A stretch of 60,532 nt of DNA from Eubacteriales bacterium (GTDB lineage Bacteria > Bacillota > Clostridia > Peptostreptococcales > Acidaminobacteraceae): NCBI GenBank assembly GCA_030625575.1, contig DAOUQP010000001.1:1-60532 (forward strand). The letters are read 5' to 3'. Shown piece after piece: positions 7,717-17,642 of this stretch. Numbering within the stretch: position 1 is the first letter of the stretch; the number at the start of each line of letters is the position of its first letter. The translations under genes were made by a program, and so were the position numbers. A model generated the notes under the pieces. It had not been told where the DNA came from. It made no database searches and saw only the letters and a program-made list of their open reading frames with translations.

Positions 7717-8724
7717 TCAATTAACATCTTCTTCAATTGTAAGTCCATTTATATCTCTTACTTTTGTTTCTATTTCATTCATCATTTCGATATTTTCTTC
7801 AAGATAAACTTTTACGTTTTCACGACCCTGCCCCAATCTAGTATCGTTGTAACTAAACCAAGATCCAGCCTTTTTCACTATATCATCGTTCACTGCAGAA
7901 TCTAGTATGCTTCCGGATTTTGAAATTCCTTCTCCATACATAATATCAAATTCAGCTTTTTTAAAAGGTGAAGCAACCTTATTTTTAACAACTTTCACTC
8001 TAGTTCTATTGCCGACGATTTCATTGTCCTTTTTAATACTGTCGATTCTTCTAACATCTAATCTTACTGTAGAATAGAACTTTAAAGCATTTCCACCTGT
8101 AGTAGTTTCAGGATTACCAAACATAACGCCGATTTTCATTCTTAATTGATTAATAAAAATAACAGATGTATTGGATCTATTGATAATCGCTGTAAGTTTT
8201 CTAAGTGCTTGAGACATTAAACGTGCTTGCAATCCTACATGAGAATCTCCCATTTCGCCAGAAATTTCAGCTTTAGGAACTAAAGCGGCCACTGAATCAA
8301 TAACAATAATATCTATAGCATTACTTCTAACAAGAGCATCTACAATTTCTAGAGCTTGTTCCCCAGTATCCGGTTGAGATAAAATCAAATTATCAATATC
8401 TACTCCAATATTTTTAGCGTACGTCGGATCTAACGCATGTTCAGCATCAATAAAAGCTGCAATTCCACCTTTTTTTTGTGCTTCAGCAATAATATGTAAA
8501 GTAACTGTAGTTTTTCCAGAAGCCTCTGGACCATATATTTCTGTAATTCTACCTCTTGGAATCCCACCGATTCCCAAAGCGATATCCAACTCTAACGATC
8601 CTGTAGGAATACATTCTATCTTTGCAATAGGTCCTTCGTCACCCATCCTCATTATAGAACCTTTTCCGAACTGTTTTTCAATTTGAGAAAGAACACTATC
8701 AAGTGCCTTAGCTTTATCTTTCAT
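7717..8724 (-). CDS. recA: Recombinase A
   Basis: Walker [10 protein letters not shown] and full RecA architecture. The ATG at 8724 is preceded by SD AAAGGTGG. The ORF-track GTG at 8733 lies inside the SD. Confidence 0.97.
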   Translation of the reverse strand: MKDKAKALDSVLSQIEKQFGKGSIMRMGDEGPIAKIECIPTGSLELDIALGIGGIPRGRITEIYGPEASGKTTVTLHIIAEAQKKGGIAAFIDAEHALDPTYAKNIGVDIDNLILSQPDTGEQALEIVDALVRSNAIDIIVIDSVAALVPKAEISGEMGDSHVGLQARLMSQALRKLTAIINRSNTSVIFINQLRMKIGVMFGNPETTTGGNALKFYSTVRLDVRRIDSIKKDNEIVGNRTRVKVVKNKVASPFKKAEFDIMYGEGISKSGSILDSAVNDDIVKKAGSWFSYNDTRLGQGRENVKVYLEENIEMMNEIETKVRDINGLTIEEDVN

Positions 8725-8743
8725 ATTTACCACCTTTCAATCT

Positions 8744-8757
8744 CGAACGTTTGTTCC
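8744..8757 (-). promoter_or_regulatory. LexA (DinR) SOS box, Cheo-box type
   Basis: Plus strand CGAACGTTTGTTCC fits CGAAC-N4-GTTC(C/G). It lies between the recA -10 and the SD. Confidence 0.75.
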
Positions 8758-8762
8758 TTATT

Positions 8763-8791
8763 AGTATACCTAATTTTTTACTGTATTACAA
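8763..8791 (-). promoter_or_regulatory. recA promoter
   Basis: Minus strand TTGTAA (8791-8786), 17-nt spacer, TATACT (8768-8763), directly after the cinA stop. Confidence 0.55.
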
Positions 8792-8795
8792 TAGA

Positions 8796-10010
8796 TTATT
8801 CAATAAATTCCAATCGTATCAAGTTTAAAGCATACAAAGCCGCTTTATGTCTGGTGGTATTCCGATCACCAAAAAAATTGTATTTTTTAACTACGGTGCC
8901 CTTTGAAGATTTTATAGCAATATACGTCAAACCGACAGGTTTATCTTTTGTTCCACCATCCGGTCCAGCTATACCGGTAATTGAAATACAAATATCCGAC
9001 TTGGTTTTATTATATAAACCTTCAACCATTTCTCTTGCAACTACCTCACTAACAGCTCCATACGTTTCAAGTGATTGTGTGGAAACATTCAGTTCATCAA
9101 CCTTGGCTTTATTGCTATATGTAACAATAGAGCGTTCTAATATTTCAGAGGAACCAGGGATATTTACTATCATAGATGAAATCATTCCACCAGTGCAACT
9201 CTCAGCTAAAGATAAATTTAAATGTCTCTTTTTTAATAATTCAACGACATTTTTTTCTAAGTTCATATCATTGAATCCGACAAAATTCTTATCGAATATT
9301 TTAAGAATCAACTTTGAGTATTTTTCAATATTTGAATTGTCTTTTGAAGTCAACCTAATAATTACATATCTAGGTTTTATATAAGTAGCTATTCTAATGT
9401 TTCCATTAGTCTGAATTTCTTTGCTTAAAATTTCTTCTACATTTGATTCTCCAACACCAAATATTACAATATCTTTAATGATGATTTTACCATTCCCCAT
9501 TTTTTGCAATAATGGAATAGCAAATTCATTGAACATTGGAATATTTTCATTAGGAGGTCCAGGCAATGAAATAACAGATACTTTTTCATGCTTTAAAAAC
9601 ATTCCAGATGCAGTTCCATATCTATTTTTCAAGATTATTGATTCCATAGGAAAATACGCCTGAGAAATATTATTTTGTCCCATTTTACTATTGTATTTTG
9701 AAAATTTTTCTTTGATATCTTTCATAACATTTTCAAAAAATATCATTTCACATTCTAATGATTTTGCAATTGAAGCAACAGTAATATCATCATAAGTAGG
9801 TCCCAACCCGCCAGTTGTAACGATTAAGTCAACATCATTCGCCAATTCATCAATTGTCTTGATAATATTTATCTCATCATCTTCTATAGTTATATGTTTG
9901 ACAACTTCAAAACCCAAACTATTCAATTGCACCGATAAGAATTGACTATTTGTGTTGAGAGTCTTACCGGACAACAATTCATTTCCTATAGTTAATATGG
10001 CCGCTTTCAT
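8796..10010 (-). CDS. cinA: CinA family competence/damage-inducible protein (MoCF-binding domain plus PncC-type NMN deamidase domain)
   Basis: 404 aa. N-terminal MKAAILTIGNELLSG...TTGGLGPT, and a C-terminal CinA domain ending with AESCTGG...GIAGP. Conserved pgsA-cinA-recA order. Confidence 0.9.
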   Translation of the reverse strand: MKAAILTIGNELLSGKTLNTNSQFLSVQLNSLGFEVVKHITIEDDEINIIKTIDELANDVDLIVTTGGLGPTYDDITVASIAKSLECEMIFFENVMKDIKEKFSKYNSKMGQNNISQAYFPMESIILKNRYGTASGMFLKHEKVSVISLPGPPNENIPMFNEFAIPLLQKMGNGKIIIKDIVIFGVGESNVEEILSKEIQTNGNIRIATYIKPRYVIIRLTSKDNSNIEKYSKLILKIFDKNFVGFNDMNLEKNVVELLKKRHLNLSLAESCTGGMISSMIVNIPGSSEILERSIVTYSNKAKVDELNVSTQSLETYGAVSEVVAREMVEGLYNKTKSDICISITGIAGPDGGTKDKPVGLTYIAIKSSKGTVVKKYNFFGDRNTTRHKAALYALNLIRLEFIE

Positions 10011-10549
10011 TAATTCTCCTTCAACACTTCAATATTTTTAACGATATAATCAACAGCGGATATTATTGTCAACGCCAATGTTATCCACGCTAAAATATCA
10101 CTTATCGAATAATTATTTATAAGATCAAAATAAGGAGATAGCAATATGACAATTATCGTAAACATTTGAAAATTAGTTTTTAATTTTCCCCAGTAACTTG
10201 CAGCAATTACTCTGCCCTCCGAAGCAGCAACCATTCTAAATCCACTGACAATAAACTCTCTACTTATAATTGCTATAACAATCCATGGATTGATTAAATT
10301 TAAATATGTTAATGCGACAAAGGCAGAAATAGTCAATATCTTGTCTGCCAACGGGTCGATTAATTTACCGAGTTTTGTTATTAAATTATACTTCCTGGCA
10401 ATATATCCATCTAAAAAATCAGTAAAAGATGCAATCGAAAAAATTATCAATGCAATAATAAAATTTTGCATAGAATCTACTAACATAAAAATAAGTAGAA
10501 ATGGAACCATAAGAATTCTTATTAAAGTTAAAATATTAGGTAAATTCAT
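10010..10549 (-). CDS. pgsA: CDP-diacylglycerol--glycerol-3-phosphate 3-phosphatidyltransferase
   Basis: CDP-alcohol phosphatidyltransferase motif DFLDGYIARK...G...DPLADK in a multi-TM protein. Confidence 0.9.
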   Translation of the reverse strand: MNLPNILTLIRILMVPFLLIFMLVDSMQNFIIALIIFSIASFTDFLDGYIARKYNLITKLGKLIDPLADKILTISAFVALTYLNLINPWIVIAIISREFIVSGFRMVAASEGRVIAASYWGKLKTNFQMFTIIVILLSPYFDLINNYSISDILAWITLALTIISAVDYIVKNIEVLKEN

Positions 10550-11869
10550 TTAAATCTCTCCTATCAAATCATATTCAAGGCTATCATTTATGTGCACATT
10601 GTATATATTCCCGACGATTAATTTTTTATCTGTATGAACATACACAACTCCATCGACTTCTGGTGTATCATATTGAGTTCTCCCCATGTATATAGGTTCT
10701 CCTTCAATAATTTCATCGATAATAACGGGTAGAGTTTTATCTATGAAATTTGTCATCATTCTATTTGATATATCAAGTTGTACAGACATAAGTGCGTTAT
10801 ATCTTTGTTCTTTGATTTCTTCATCAATCTTCAAAGGTAAATTATAAGCAGGTGTATTTTCTTCATCGGAATATTTAAAAGCTCCGAGTCTATTAAAAGG
10901 ATGCGCTGTAATAAATTCAATTAAATCATTGAAATCTTCATCTGTTTCACCAGGAAAACCTACTATGAGTGTAGTTCTAATTACAGCATCAGGAATGTGA
11001 AATTTAATTAAATTCAAGACGTCGATAATATTTTCTCTTGTAGTATGACGATTCATCAATTTTAATATTTTGTTGGAACTATGCTGAATCGGAATATCAA
11101 AGTATGAAACTACTTTTTCATTACGTTTAATAGACAAAACAAGATCCTCGTCAATAACATCAGGATACATATATTGAATTCTAATCCATTTCAAATCTTC
11201 AATTGAATTTAACGAGTCAAGTAAATCTCCCAATTTAAACTCATTGTACAAATCTATACCATAGCGTGTAGTGTCTTGTGCAATTAAAATAATTTCCTTG
11301 ATGCCACCTTTTACAAGACTTTTGACTTCATCGACAATATCTTCAATTCTTCTACTTCTAAAAGCACCTCTTAGTTGTGGAATTATGCAATATGTACAAC
11401 TGTTATCACAACCTTCAGCGATTTTAACAAATGCATAGTGTTCTGGCGTCAATATCTTTCTAGGTAAGTGTTCTGGCAGTATCAAGCTTACATTATCAGT
11501 TAAAATAATATTGTTCTCCCCATTGTTCACCTTGTCGATTACTGAATCGATATATTGAAATTGTGTCGTTCCAACATATGCAACTACTTCAGGGATTTCT
11601 TTGACTAATTCTTCTGCATAACGCTGAGCCAAGCATCCAGAAACTATAATTTTGCTATCAGTGTTGGCGAGCATATTGAAAATCATATCTATGCTCTCTT
11701 TTTTTGCATCATTTACAAAAGCACATGTGTTAACAATAACAAATTCAGATTCTTCAGGATTTGCAACTATTTGATAACCTTTCGCCAGTAATATTCCAGT
11801 CATATGCTCTGAATCTACTAAGTTTTTTGAACAACCCAATGTTTCTATATATATTTTATTTCTTTTCAT
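10550..11869 (-). CDS. rimO: Ribosomal protein S12 methylthiotransferase
   Basis: UPF0004 N-terminal domain (ETLGCSKN), radical SAM motif CDNSCTYC, C-terminal TRAM domain. 439 aa. Confidence 0.9.
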   Translation of the reverse strand: MKRNKIYIETLGCSKNLVDSEHMTGILLAKGYQIVANPEESEFVIVNTCAFVNDAKKESIDMIFNMLANTDSKIIVSGCLAQRYAEELVKEIPEVVAYVGTTQFQYIDSVIDKVNNGENNIILTDNVSLILPEHLPRKILTPEHYAFVKIAEGCDNSCTYCIIPQLRGAFRSRRIEDIVDEVKSLVKGGIKEIILIAQDTTRYGIDLYNEFKLGDLLDSLNSIEDLKWIRIQYMYPDVIDEDLVLSIKRNEKVVSYFDIPIQHSSNKILKLMNRHTTRENIIDVLNLIKFHIPDAVIRTTLIVGFPGETDEDFNDLIEFITAHPFNRLGAFKYSDEENTPAYNLPLKIDEEIKEQRYNALMSVQLDISNRMMTNFIDKTLPVIIDEIIEGEPIYMGRTQYDTPEVDGVVYVHTDKKLIVGNIYNVHINDSLEYDLIGEI

Positions 11870-12899
11870 CTTTTACCTCTTTATAAAAAATTTCTAATGC
11901 GTCGACAGCTTCGTTCGTTAAATTATACTCTATCTCAAAATCATATTCAGTTTGTTTTTTTATTGAATAGTTATATAGTGGATCATAGTATTCCTCTATT
12001 AACATTCGTATAATCTCATCAAATTTTTCTTCATTTACAAGTTCAATCAACTTATCAACTTTAGCATGTCCCAATCTTTTTCTTAGATGATTGATAGAAT
12101 CAATTATTCTCTTACTTTTTAAACTTGGTAAATACAATTCTTTGATAATTGAAATTCTATTTTCAATATTGGTTTTAACCAATACGTGTTTGCCATTTTG
12201 CATAGCTTGATAAAATTCATTAGTCATAGAAACAGTTCCAATTCTTTTGCTCTCGCTTTCAACAAATATGAACGGCTTTTCAGTTCTCAATTTTTCAAAC
12301 ACCAAATTCTCAAACATTTTCTGACTTGGGGGCAGTTCATCATATGGTACATTTCCAAATACTGAACCAGCATTTTTTGCCAAATCTTCTAAATCGATAA
12401 CAGGAATCTCTTTATTGATAAGCCCGTTTAATATTTTAGTCTTACCAACTCCAGTTTGACCGTGAACTACAATCAAAGGTTTACTTTCTAATAATGAATT
12501 GCTCTCATTTATCACATGATTGCGATATGTTTTATATCCACCATCTAATTTATATAAATTTGAAACACCAATACTTTTCCCAAATGTATATAAAGTGTCT
12601 GATCTCATGCCCCCTCTTGAACAATAAAGTACTATCTTTTCATAGTCCTTTGTCAATTGTTTTAATATTTCAAAAAAACCCTTCAGTTTACCATGAACAA
12701 CATCAATGCCTTCCATTACCGCTTCAGATTTCCCTTGAGCCTTATATATTTTCCCAACTGTATCTCTTTCAATATCGCTTAATATCGGCCAATTCAATGC
12801 TCCTACTATATGAGATTCATCGAATTCTTTTTGTGATCTAACATCAATAAAAATTCTATCATTAAATTTTAGTGCTTCCTCAACATTTACTATTGTCAT
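11856..12899 (-). CDS. selU: tRNA 2-selenouridine synthase
   Basis: Rhodanese domain with active-site YCSRGGMRS, P-loop HGQTGVGKT, and the C-terminal EEYYDPLYNYS motif as in E. coli SelU/YbbB (EEYYDPMYRYQ). ATGA overlap with ftsK and 14-nt overlap with rimO. Confidence 0.85.
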   Translation of the reverse strand: MTIVNVEEALKFNDRIFIDVRSQKEFDESHIVGALNWPILSDIERDTVGKIYKAQGKSEAVMEGIDVVHGKLKGFFEILKQLTKDYEKIVLYCSRGGMRSDTLYTFGKSIGVSNLYKLDGGYKTYRNHVINESNSLLESKPLIVVHGQTGVGKTKILNGLINKEIPVIDLEDLAKNAGSVFGNVPYDELPPSQKMFENLVFEKLRTEKPFIFVESESKRIGTVSMTNEFYQAMQNGKHVLVKTNIENRISIIKELYLPSLKSKRIIDSINHLRKRLGHAKVDKLIELVNEEKFDEIIRMLIEEYYDPLYNYSIKKQTEYDFEIEYNLTNEAVDALEIFYKEVKDEKK

Positions 12900-15187
12900 A
12901 AACTCTCCTTATTATTTTGTTCTACTTGTTCGATTGTCATTAAAACTTCTCTTGGTTTACTGCCCTGCGATGGACCGACAATTCCTTTTTCTTCAAGATC
13001 ATCTATAATTCTGGCAGCTCTATTATAACCTATTCTAAATTTTCTTTGCAACATAGAAACAGAAATTGTTTTTTGAGTTGACAAGAAACTCAAAATTTCA
13101 GGTAATAAATCGTCTGAGTCGAATTGCATGGTTAATTGTTCCGCTTCTTTTAAGATATCCTGATTATAGGTAACATCTTTAACTTGTGTTTTAATATGAT
13201 CGACAATTTTTCCTATTTCATCTTCAGTTATAAACGCGCCTTGAACTCTAATAGGTTTAGATGCTCCAACTGGATTAAAAAGCATGTCCCCTTTTCCAAG
13301 TAATTTTTCAGCTCCAGCCATGTCTAATATTGTTCTAGAATCTATTTGGGATGAAACTGAAAACGCTATTCTCGAAGTAATATTCGCTTTTATCAATCCA
13401 GTAATAACATCAACTGAAGGTCTTTGGGTCGCAACGATCAAATGTATACCAGCCGCTCTCGCCATTTGAGCCAACCGCGCTATGGCATCTTCCACTTGAT
13501 TTGGTGCCACCATCATCAAATCAGCCAATTCATCAATAACAACAACTATTTTAGGTAACTTCTCTTCATTTTCTTTTGCATTATATCCTTCAATATCTTT
13601 TACATGATTCGTAGCAAACAATTCATACCTTCTAGTCATTTCATTTACCGCCCACCCCAATGCAATAGAAGCTTTTTTAGGGTCGGTAACAACCGGTAAA
13701 ATCAGATGAGGTATCCCATTGTAAATATTCAGTTCAACCACTTTCGGGTCGATCATCAGTAATTTGACTTCATCAGGATTAGAATTAAACAATAAACTGG
13801 TAATGATGGTATTAACACAAACGCTCTTACCTGAACCAGTTGCCCCGGCAATCAACAAATGCGGCATTTCGCTTAAATTCGCGATTACAGGTTTTCCTGA
13901 TATATCTTTACCCAAAGCCATTGTAAGTTTAGATTTTGATTTCTTGAATTCATCACTCTCTAATATATCTCTAATCTTCACCATGGAGTTTTCTTCATTT
14001 GGCACTTCTATACCAACTGCAACTTTACCGTGTACTGGAGCAATTCTTACTTGGCTTACAGCTAAATTTAAAGCTAAATCATCAGATAAAGCAACTATTT
14101 TACTGATTTTTATACCCGGTTTTGGTTGTATTTCGTATCTAGTAATTGTAGGCCCTTTATTGATTTCGATTACTTTAGCATCTATTCCAAAGTTTAGCAA
14201 TGTTCTTTCTAATGTTTCAGCTTTTTCAATTATTTCAGATTTGTTTATTTGTTCATTTTTCATTTGAGATTTTTTTAGTAAAGTCACTTTAGGTTTTACA
14301 TAATTCAAGACTTTAGAAGTTACATTTTTGTTAAGTTCAGTGACAATTTCTTTTCCAGTTTCGATATCTTTATTATCATCTTGTTCATCGTTAAAATCAT
14401 TATAATTATAAATTTTTATTTTTTTAGGTTCTTTTTTCTTATCATCATATGAAATTATTTCTTCTTTTTTAATTTCTTTATCTTTTTTGATTTCTTTATC
14501 TCTTTTGATTTCTTTATCTCTTTTAATTTTATTATCTTTTATAGGTTTATCAATTTTCACATCAGGCGTTTTAGGCTTATCTTTTTTATTGATTTTTAAG
14601 CTGCTGATTTTAAAGTTGGTAAGCAAGATCAACCCAATAGTAGTCATAGTTATTGTAAGAATTAAAAATCCATATTTACCTATACTCGTATATATGATCA
14701 TGGTCAAAATATTGTTGACAACACCACCACCAACAAGTTGAGTTCCACTGGCAAAGGAACTTTTTATTCCTGATAATGTAATTAATTTCATCGATTCATT
14801 TATGTAAATTTCCCTGATTAAATTAAATTGAATAATTGAATTCATCAAGTTTATTGAAATAAAAAGTAAGAAAGTAGCAATAAAATATTTTTTCTTAACC
14901 TTTTGAAAATTTTTGTTTATATTCAAAAAGAAACCCAAGAATATTACATATGGTAAATAATATCCACCTTTCCCAAATAAACCGAACACTACATTTCTAA
15001 CAAAATTCCCTATTATCCCAACTGAATCTGTGTATAATGAAAGAGCAAAAATAATAGTAAAAGAAATTAACAATACAAGTTCGATTTCATAGATTCTCAT
15101 ATCTTTTTTCTCTTCTTTTTTTGTTTTATTAATTAAAGGTTTTTTAGATTTCTTACTTTCTTTTTTATTAGCAGTAACGCGTCCCAT
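12896..15187 (-). CDS. ftsK: DNA translocase FtsK/SpoIIIE
   Basis: N-terminal TM helices, a Lys-rich linker, motor domain with Walker A GATGSGKS and Walker B VVVIDELADLM, and a C-terminal gamma winged-helix (RKFRIGYNRAARIID). Confidence 0.93.
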   Translation of the reverse strand: MGRVTANKKESKKSKKPLINKTKKEEKKDMRIYEIELVLLISFTIIFALSLYTDSVGIIGNFVRNVVFGLFGKGGYYLPYVIFLGFFLNINKNFQKVKKKYFIATFLLFISINLMNSIIQFNLIREIYINESMKLITLSGIKSSFASGTQLVGGGVVNNILTMIIYTSIGKYGFLILTITMTTIGLILLTNFKISSLKINKKDKPKTPDVKIDKPIKDNKIKRDKEIKRDKEIKKDKEIKKEEIISYDDKKKEPKKIKIYNYNDFNDEQDDNKDIETGKEIVTELNKNVTSKVLNYVKPKVTLLKKSQMKNEQINKSEIIEKAETLERTLLNFGIDAKVIEINKGPTITRYEIQPKPGIKISKIVALSDDLALNLAVSQVRIAPVHGKVAVGIEVPNEENSMVKIRDILESDEFKKSKSKLTMALGKDISGKPVIANLSEMPHLLIAGATGSGKSVCVNTIITSLLFNSNPDEVKLLMIDPKVVELNIYNGIPHLILPVVTDPKKASIALGWAVNEMTRRYELFATNHVKDIEGYNAKENEEKLPKIVVVIDELADLMMVAPNQVEDAIARLAQMARAAGIHLIVATQRPSVDVITGLIKANITSRIAFSVSSQIDSRTILDMAGAEKLLGKGDMLFNPVGASKPIRVQGAFITEDEIGKIVDHIKTQVKDVTYNQDILKEAEQLTMQFDSDDLLPEILSFLSTQKTISVSMLQRKFRIGYNRAARIIDDLEEKGIVGPSQGSKPREVLMTIEQVEQNNKESL
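14471..14524 (-). repeat. Three 18-nt tandem repeats inside the ftsK linker
   Basis: Plus strand aatttctttatctttttt / gatttctttatctctttt / gatttctttatctctttt, encoding KEIK(K/R)D repeats. Confidence 0.75.
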
Positions 15188-15209
15188 AAATACACCCCAT
15201 AACTATATA

Positions 15210-15218
15210 ATTATATCA
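15210..15218 (-). promoter_or_regulatory. Extended -10 promoter candidate for ftsK
   Basis: Minus strand TGATATAAT between the aspartokinase terminator and the ftsK SD. Confidence 0.45.
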
Positions 15219-15227
15219 TATTAATAC

Positions 15228-15250
15228 AAAAAAAAATGGCAAAAGCCATT
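15228..15250 (-). terminator. Rho-independent terminator after the aspartokinase gene
   Basis: Minus strand AATGGC-TTTT-GCCATT followed by T9. It overlaps the TAA stop. Confidence 0.85.
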
Positions 15251-16448
15251 ATGAATCTATATTGAATTCTTTATGAAGACCAATTACAGCGTCATTTGAT
15301 ACTTCACTTCCTACAAGACAACTTATTGTCATATGAGAATCGGAAGTCTGTAATATTTTAATATCTCTATCTTCAAGCGCTTTAACAACCCGCTTCATAA
15401 TACCTGGAACTCCGTGAATTTTATGCCCGATAATTGTCACTATGCTGCAATTTTCTTTCTTTTTAAAGTCAAGATTCAATTTTTTCAATATATCATCCAG
15501 TTCTTTAGAAACATTATTTTGAACAACAAAATACTTATAATCTTCAAAAAAGTTTATCATATCTATGGATATATTATTCTGATACAACGCATTCATCAAC
15601 TCTTGATCTTTGGTAATGCTAAATTTATAATCTACTTTATATTGAATCCATGAATCATATTTAGTGATTGAAGTAAGTATTCTATCAGATTTATATGAAT
15701 CTGTAATTTGTGTTCCTACAGAATCATCATGAGTATTTTTTACAACAATATTTAAATGAGATCGTTTTGCTATGTCGACCGCATTAAAATCAACTACTCT
15801 CGCTCCATGTTTAGCCATCTCATACATTTCATCATATGTCATATTTTCCAATAATGTTGCACTTTCAACTATTCTAGGATCTGCTGTCATTACACCTTCT
15901 ACATCAGTATATATTTCTACTTTATCGGCTTTTAATGCTTCTCCAATCAATGTTGCAGTAGTATCCGACCCACCTCTACCCAAGGTAGTGATATTACCGT
16001 TGATGCTAATTCCTTGGAACCCGGAAATTACTGGAATAATTCCTTTTTTAATTGTATTTTCCAAATAATCAGTTTTTACGCTTAATACCTTCGCATTACC
16101 ATAATCTTCATTTGTAATAATGCCGGCTTGAAAACCAGTTAAAGCAGTAGACTTCATTCCGTTATTATTTAAATATGCTGAAATCAACGTTGCAGATATT
16201 ATTTCTCCACAACTCATTAGCAAATCCAAATCCCTGGTGGAATGCTGTTCATTAATGCTATTATAAAGATTCATCAATGTATCAGTAGCATACGGAGCAC
16301 TGTTTCTTCCCATTGCAGATACTACCAATATAGGAATATTTCCATTCTTGATATCTAACTCAACCAAGTTTTTTATTCTCTCTCTATCTCTATCACTAGT
16401 TACCGATGTACCACCAAATTTTTTTACAATAACATTCAAATCACTCAC
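15249..16448 (-). CDS. Aspartate kinase (monofunctional, DapG/LysC type)
   Basis: 399 aa. KFGGTS amino-acid-kinase N-terminus and C-terminal ACT repeats. It sits where dapG lies in the Bacillus pnp-mlpA...dapG...ftsK neighbourhood. Confidence 0.9.
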   Translation of the reverse strand: MSDLNVIVKKFGGTSVTSDRDRERIKNLVELDIKNGNIPILVVSAMGRNSAPYATDTLMNLYNSINEQHSTRDLDLLMSCGEIISATLISAYLNNNGMKSTALTGFQAGIITNEDYGNAKVLSVKTDYLENTIKKGIIPVISGFQGISINGNITTLGRGGSDTTATLIGEALKADKVEIYTDVEGVMTADPRIVESATLLENMTYDEMYEMAKHGARVVDFNAVDIAKRSHLNIVVKNTHDDSVGTQITDSYKSDRILTSITKYDSWIQYKVDYKFSITKDQELMNALYQNNISIDMINFFEDYKYFVVQNNVSKELDDILKKLNLDFKKKENCSIVTIIGHKIHGVPGIMKRVVKALEDRDIKILQTSDSHMTISCLVGSEVSNDAVIGLHKEFNIDS

Positions 16449-16450
16449 CC

Positions 16451-16885
16451 CTAAATACCAGTTGAACCAAATCCACCAGAACCTCTCTGTGTATCTTCCA
16501 AGATATCTACTTCAATCAATTCCGCTTGTTCATATTTAGCAATTATCATTTGTGCAATTCGATCACCTGATTTTATTGAGTAAGCTTCATTGCTGAGATT
16601 AATAGTCGGTATTTTAATTTCGCCTCTATAATCGCTATCAATTGTGCCTACCGCATTTACAAGACTAATGCCATGTTTAATCGACATTCCACTCCTAGGT
16701 CTTAATTGAGCTTCATAACCTTCTTTCAGTTCAATAAAGATTCCAGTAGGAATAAGAGTTCTCTCAAGAGGCTTTAACGTTACAGGTTCATTTAGATAAG
16801 CCATTATATCCATACCGGCCGCTCCAACACTTTTGTACTTGGGTAGCGGATTATCAGATTGATTTACAATTTTTATTACTGTCAT
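16451..16885 (-). CDS. dut: dUTP diphosphatase
   Basis: Trimeric dUTPase motifs AAGMD, RSG, GTIDSDYRGE, RGSGGFGSTG. ATG at 16885 with SD GGAGGG. The ORF-track start at 16906 overlaps the upstream gene. Confidence 0.92.
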   Translation of the reverse strand: MTVIKIVNQSDNPLPKYKSVGAAGMDIMAYLNEPVTLKPLERTLIPTGIFIELKEGYEAQLRPRSGMSIKHGISLVNAVGTIDSDYRGEIKIPTINLSNEAYSIKSGDRIAQMIIAKYEQAELIEVDILEDTQRGSGGFGSTGI

Positions 16886-16886
16886 T

Positions 16887-17642
16887 TTAACCCTCCAATT
16901 TTTCAATTATCAAATTATATATTTTATTTATACTTGTTTTATCAATTTTTCCAACAGAACTCACAGATTTTTTATTCGTAAAAAACAAATCTATTACTGT
17001 AGATACATCTTCATAAGAAACATTATTTATTTCATCGATAATTTCTTCAACTGTTTTGATTTTTCGTTTGAATAGCAATTCCTTGGCCATCATACTCATA
17101 TAAGCATCTGATGTTTCAGTATTTAATACTATATTTCCTATAAGATGTTTCTTTGAATTTTCAAATTCTTCTATTGTAATACCTTTTTCTTTTATTTTTA
17201 GCAATTCATCTATAACAACTTCAGTTGCTTTGAATAAATTCTTATGGCTTAGAGAAAACCCAATAGTTGTATTACCTGCATTTTCGTAACTACTGATTTG
17301 TGAGTAAATTGAATAAACAAGTCCCTTTTCTTCTCTTACCTTTTGAAACAATCTAGAACTCATTGTTCCTGCCAAAACATTATTAAAAACATGTGCGGCA
17401 TAATTTAAATCGCTATTGGAATCCGGTCCCCAGAATGCTAAATCAATATGGGTTTGTTCAAATTCTTTTTTCTTGAATTTGAAACCCGTTTGGTTTACTA
17501 TGGGCTTGAAAATTTGAAAATCATTTTCAGTATAATTATTATACTCTCCAATAGTATTATTTAATTTTTTTAGAACATCTTCTTGATCAAAATTACCTGC
17601 AACAGAAATAATCATGTTCTCGCTAGTATAGAACTCTTTCAT
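16887..17642 (-). CDS. M16 family peptidase, C-terminal fragment
   Basis: 251-aa ORF corresponding to the remainder of domain 1 plus the inactive second domain of an M16B peptidase. Its ATG overlaps the TGA of the upstream fragment. Confidence 0.75.
   Translation of the reverse strand: MKEFYTSENMIISVAGNFDQEDVLKKLNNTIGEYNNYTENDFQIFKPIVNQTGFKFKKKEFEQTHIDLAFWGPDSNSDLNYAAHVFNNVLAGTMSSRLFQKVREEKGLVYSIYSQISSYENAGNTTIGFSLSHKNLFKATEVVIDELLKIKEKGITIEEFENSKKHLIGNIVLNTETSDAYMSMMAKELLFKRKIKTVEEIIDEINNVSYEDVSTVIDLFFTNKKSVSSVGKIDKTSINKIYNLIIEKLEG

Noticed and set aside
8683-9384. Long plus-strand ORFs antisense to real genes. Examples: 233 aa at 8683-9384 opposite cinA, 189 aa at 32545-33114 opposite ispG/polC, 168 aa at 21899-22405, 168 aa at 42764-43270, 167 aa at 13764-14267 and 135 aa at 58591-58998.
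   Set aside because: All lie entirely within strongly supported minus-strand genes. Their compositions are low-complexity and rich in Ser, Leu, Ile and Phe, as is typical of shadow frames. They have no SD and no recognisable motifs.
17639-17642. The TGA at the junction of the two M16 fragments as a possible selenocysteine codon, prompted by selU in the window.
   Set aside because: The downstream ORF is in a different reading frame (ATATGA overlap). Read-through of the TGA does not continue the protein, whereas a 1-nt shift at the upstream A7 tract does.
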